This document shows positions 48,410 to 51,702 of a stretch of DNA of 51,702 nt, in pieces (positions within the stretch are counted from its first letter, which is position 1; each line of letters opens with the position of its first letter). Below the pieces are notes generated by a model, which was given only the letters and a program-made list of their open reading frames with translations, was not told the origin of the DNA and made no database searches. Location of the stretch: positions 1 to 51,702 of the forward strand of contig JBCBJQ010000036.1 in NCBI GenBank assembly GCA_038523235.1, in the 5' to 3' direction. The position numbers were made by a program, and so were the translations under genes. Source of the DNA: Cyanobacteria bacterium J06626_4 (GTDB taxonomy: Bacteria > Cyanobacteriota > Cyanobacteriia > Phormidesmidales > Phormidesmidaceae).

Positions 48410-49050
48410 ACGTTTGCTCAAAGAGAACACCTGTGGGTCTAGGGCACACTCATAACGATTGGTTCAAGGCGGCAATCTCAAAGGGGTTCTACCGCTGAGC
48501 TTGAGATGCTCAACTGGTAAATGAAACTGACCCTCTCAAGCACTGGTTAGGAGTGTAGAGCTTATATTCAAAAATCTCTAGCAGGTGGAGATTTGTTTTA
48601 GATCTGCTGTTGCCAGGGTTTTATCAATGGTTCGATCACGTATTTGGGTTGAATGGAGCCGCGATCGCATTAAGTCGATGCTCCTAGCGATCGCTTAATC
48701 ACGGCTCTCTACTGACCTGCCGACTGAAGCGCTCAACGGTGCCAGGTCGTTATTGAGTCCTGGTTCGCTGGTGTCAAGGGCGGTACGGCCGTCTTCATCC
48801 CCATTCTTTGGCCAAGTCCTACGAATCAAAAGGGTTATATCGGGAAAGGTAAATGGGTGGATGACCGCATCTGTTGTTGACACCCCGTCAATCAGGATTA
48901 ATCGGGTTTTGCGGGGAAATGCGATTGCCTGGCTAACGAATGCCCAGAGAGAGCGCCTAAAATCGAATGAGGGAATACAGGGGCGTCTAGATAAACTCCA
49001 TGACTCGTGTGTTGCTTCACGAGAAATTTCTGTTGTGAGATTGATCAACT

Positions 49051-50346
49051 ATGACCGTTGCGAAAACTGCCTCGCCGATGTATCCTTCTGCGGCTTCCCC
49101 AGGCGTAGAAATGGAGCGGGCTTTTAGGCAGGCCATTGCCGAAGCATCCCTCAGTAATGAGCGCAAAATAGCGTATGCCCGATTTGGCATGTTGGGGATT
49201 GCCAGCATCCTCGACGTTTTGGTGTTTTTCTTTCCTAAAACCCTGATTGATGTCGATTCAGTATCGCCAACTATCGCAATTTTTTCTTTTATTGTCTGCT
49301 GCATATCAGCTAGTTTTTTGATTGTGTTGCGACGGCCTAATGCTTGGCAAAATCTGCTCACTTTACAAGTGATTATTCCAGTATTTGATGGTATTTTAGT
49401 TGCTCTGTTTACCACCAATATTTGGCAAGTACTCGCACCCACGAAGCCCGAAATCATTACTAACATTGCGGCATTTTGTTGTTTTTTAGCTGTGTCAGGT
49501 GGGATTCGGGTAAAGTCGCGATCGTCCATCATCAGCACGAGCTTAGCGCTGGGGAATTTTGTTTACGCAGCGGTTTTATTTCAGCTCGACTTTGCGGTTA
49601 GCTTATTTGCCCTGTTTACTATTCTGGGCACCGGCTTTTTAGGCATGCTTACGGCGAGTATTGTGCGCCGCCAGGGTAAAAACGAAGCGGGCCGCTTGCT
49701 GATGCGACAGTTTTTGCCGGAGAGCGTCGTCGAGACTGCCTTCGAAAGCCCTGATCGATTGCTGGAAGACGCCCAGGAATGTGAAGTCACCATATTGGTA
49801 ACCGACCTGCGAGGTTTCACCCGCTATTCAGAAAGTATGAATCCTCTGGAGGTGCTCGATTCTCTGAATCATATCCAGAGCTTTTTGGCCGAAATTGTCG
49901 AGCAGCATGGTGGCTGGGTCGATAAGTTTATGGGCGATGGCATGTTGGCGGTGTTTGGGGCACCGCGACAGCTCAGCAATCATGCTGAGCAAGCCCTTAA
50001 AGCGGCTCAACAGATCTTGCGTCAAGGCAAAACTCAATGCCCTTTACCCATCGGCATTGGTTTACATTCTGGCCCAATTGTGGCGGGTTGCCTGGGGGCC
50101 ACTGGTCGCCTCGAATTTACTGTCATTGGCGATACGGTGAATGTTGCTTCGCGGTTAGAGTCCCTCACCAAAGATTGGTCAACGCCACTGTTGATGAGTG
50201 GCTCGACGGCTCGTCAGTTGCGATCACGACCGGCGCTCACCGCCTTGGGTTCGGTTCCGATTCGCGGACGAGAGCAGGGCATCGAGATTTTTACCCTGCC
50301 GGAGGTGGGCAACCCAGAAAAAAGCATGAGTACGGGGGCGGTGTGA
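49051..50346 (+). CDS. Membrane-bound class III adenylate cyclase
   Basis: About six TM helices; TDLRGFT, DKFMGDG, GIGLHSG, EFTVIGDTVNVASRLE (K/T specificity residues favour ATP). Confidence 0.9.
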   Translation: MTVAKTASPMYPSAASPGVEMERAFRQAIAEASLSNERKIAYARFGMLGIASILDVLVFFFPKTLIDVDSVSPTIAIFSFIVCCISASFLIVLRRPNAWQNLLTLQVIIPVFDGILVALFTTNIWQVLAPTKPEIITNIAAFCCFLAVSGGIRVKSRSSIISTSLALGNFVYAAVLFQLDFAVSLFALFTILGTGFLGMLTASIVRRQGKNEAGRLLMRQFLPESVVETAFESPDRLLEDAQECEVTILVTDLRGFTRYSESMNPLEVLDSLNHIQSFLAEIVEQHGGWVDKFMGDGMLAVFGAPRQLSNHAEQALKAAQQILRQGKTQCPLPIGIGLHSGPIVAGCLGATGRLEFTVIGDTVNVASRLESLTKDWSTPLLMSGSTARQLRSRPALTALGSVPIRGREQGIEIFTLPEVGNPEKSMSTGAV

Positions 50347-50635
50347 ACGCCGAACGAGAGCCCATTTCCCTCGCTGATCTCTAGTGTGGAGGAGTACGCT
50401 CGCTTGACGGCACAGCTGGATGAACGTTTCTCCGTTAATCGCAGCGCTGCTTCCCCATCGTGGCTCAGTGATGGGAGCGGCCATGATGGGATCGTCTATC
50501 GGCGAGTTCGTCAATGATGTGGGCGATCGCCTCAGCCCTCCGCTATTAAAATGTTCGCGCAGGTGCATTTAGGGGCCAACATCGAGTTAACAGTTGCCTC
50601 CAGCGTGATTGCTACTCTGACTGGCTGAAATTTAG

Positions 50636-51702
50636 ATGGCTAGTTTATTGGATCTCGTCCAAAGGACGATCAACACGCCTTTCTTTCGAGTGGGGAATGC
50701 TGAACTGACGCTCAACGCGATCGCTCAGTTTCTCCTTGCAGTCTTGCTCGCAATCGTCTTTGCCCTGATTTTTAAGCGAGTTTTGTCTGGTTTGATTTTG
50801 AGCCGCCTCGGTTTCAAACAGGGCATTCGAGAATCCATCGCCACAATTACCAGCTATAGCTTAGGCGCGATTTTTTGCCTGATCCTCTTGCAAACCTTAG
50901 GCATTAACTTTGCCTCGGTCGCCGTTTTAGCGGGCAGCTTGGGCATTGGTATCGGCTTCGGCTTTCAAGATCTCATGCGCAATTTTATCAGCGGAATTGC
51001 GCTGCTTGTTGAGCAGAAACTAAAAGTCGGCGACTTTATTGAATGGGAAGGATTGACCGGGTACATTACCGAAATTTCCTTGCGATCGACCGTTATTCGC
51101 ACCATTACTCAACGCCATATCGTCGTTCCCAATAGCGCGTTAGCGGGTCACAAAGTTATCAACTGGACCTACAACGACCCCAAGGGATGGGTACCTATTT
51201 ATGTCAGCGTTTCCCATGAGAGCGACTCAGTTTCAGTGATCGAAGCCCTCTTAGATTCGGCCTCTTTAGAAGAAAGTGTCCTCTACGAATATCCGCCGGA
51301 GGTTTATCTAATTGGTTTCGGCGAATATTCTTTAGACTTTGTGCTGTGGGTATGGATTCATCGAGTAGATCTAAAACATAAAACTGAGAGTTCGCTGCGA
51401 TTTATTATTGACCAAAACCTGCGCCAGCGTCAGATTCGCCTGGCTTCACCCCGCTACGATTTGTGGCATCGCAATCCCAATATTGTGGTTCAGTCCTCCG
51501 TTGAAGAACATCAAAAATATACCGACTTGCAGGAGGTGGCTCCGTCCTTTAACGAAGCGCTTCCGCAGCCTGTTGCAGTACGCAATTTGCTCAAAAGCAT
51601 TCCCTATTTCAGCCAATGTAGTGCTGTTGAGCTGCGAAAACTCGTTGAGATTGGCTATCGTCGTCGATTAGAGTCGAACGAGATTTTGTTCAAAATTGGT
51701 GA
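50636..51702 (+). CDS. MscS-family channel fused to a C-terminal cyclic-nucleotide-binding domain (bCNG-like); runs off the window end
   Basis: Open frame from ATG 50636 (absent from the ORF track because no stop is reached): AGSLGIGIGFGFQDL..NFISG, KVGDFIE, ISLRST, IVVPNS, then LLKSIPYFSQCS..ELRKLVEIG...NEILFKIG. Confidence 0.85.
   Translation, partial: MASLLDLVQRTINTPFFRVGNAELTLNAIAQFLLAVLLAIVFALIFKRVLSGLILSRLGFKQGIRESIATITSYSLGAIFCLILLQTLGINFASVAVLAGSLGIGIGFGFQDLMRNFISGIALLVEQKLKVGDFIEWEGLTGYITEISLRSTVIRTITQRHIVVPNSALAGHKVINWTYNDPKGWVPIYVSVSHESDSVSVIEALLDSASLEESVLYEYPPEVYLIGFGEYSLDFVLWVWIHRVDLKHKTESSLRFIIDQNLRQRQIRLASPRYDLWHRNPNIVVQSSVEEHQKYTDLQEVAPSFNEALPQPVAVRNLLKSIPYFSQCSAVELRKLVEIGYRRRLESNEILFKIG

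Noticed and set aside
48695..49127. ORFs 48695-49048 (-) and 48753-49127 (+) in the porin-cyclase spacer
   Set aside because: They overlap each other, have non-ATG starts and show no motifs; more likely a divergent promoter region.
1..51702. High density of GCGATCGC
   Set aside because: This is the well-known cyanobacterial HIP1 octamer; it was used only as a marker of native versus foreign DNA.

Overview
Cyanobacterial chromosomal window, judged from abundant HIP1 (GCGATCGC) sites and cyanobacteria-specific genes such as ebsA, mgdA and an SLH-OprB porin. Housekeeping blocks (mgdA, ebsA-pta-like-dprA-like-MAPEG-yajQ, chorismate lyase, LCP, mscS, M17 aminopeptidase) alternate with accessory regions. 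The best candidate for an undescribed system is the minus-strand cluster at 40316-48430. It encodes a porin, a NitT/TauT-type ABC importer and a secreted precursor-like protein with two (Gly-Asp)n tracts, each preceded by a repeated QxPExxIxDPGV motif. The next gene encodes a 781-aa enzyme ending in an Asp/Asn beta-hydroxylase domain. Together these suggest a ribosomally made, beta-hydroxy-Asp metal-chelating polymer or peptide with a linked uptake system (inference). Other notable items: a TIR-WD40 plus SLOG gene pair; a HIP1-free phosphoesterase-STAND-TPR island; a class D beta-lactamase inside devBCA; a 24-nt element inserted into a HIP1 site that inactivates a gene; an adenylate cyclase next to an MscS-cNMP channel; several MITE/REP-like repeats; three decayed gene remnants; and an apparent inversion of the first 70 bp. 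No rRNA, tRNA or CRISPR array was seen. All family assignments come from motif reading, not database searches.
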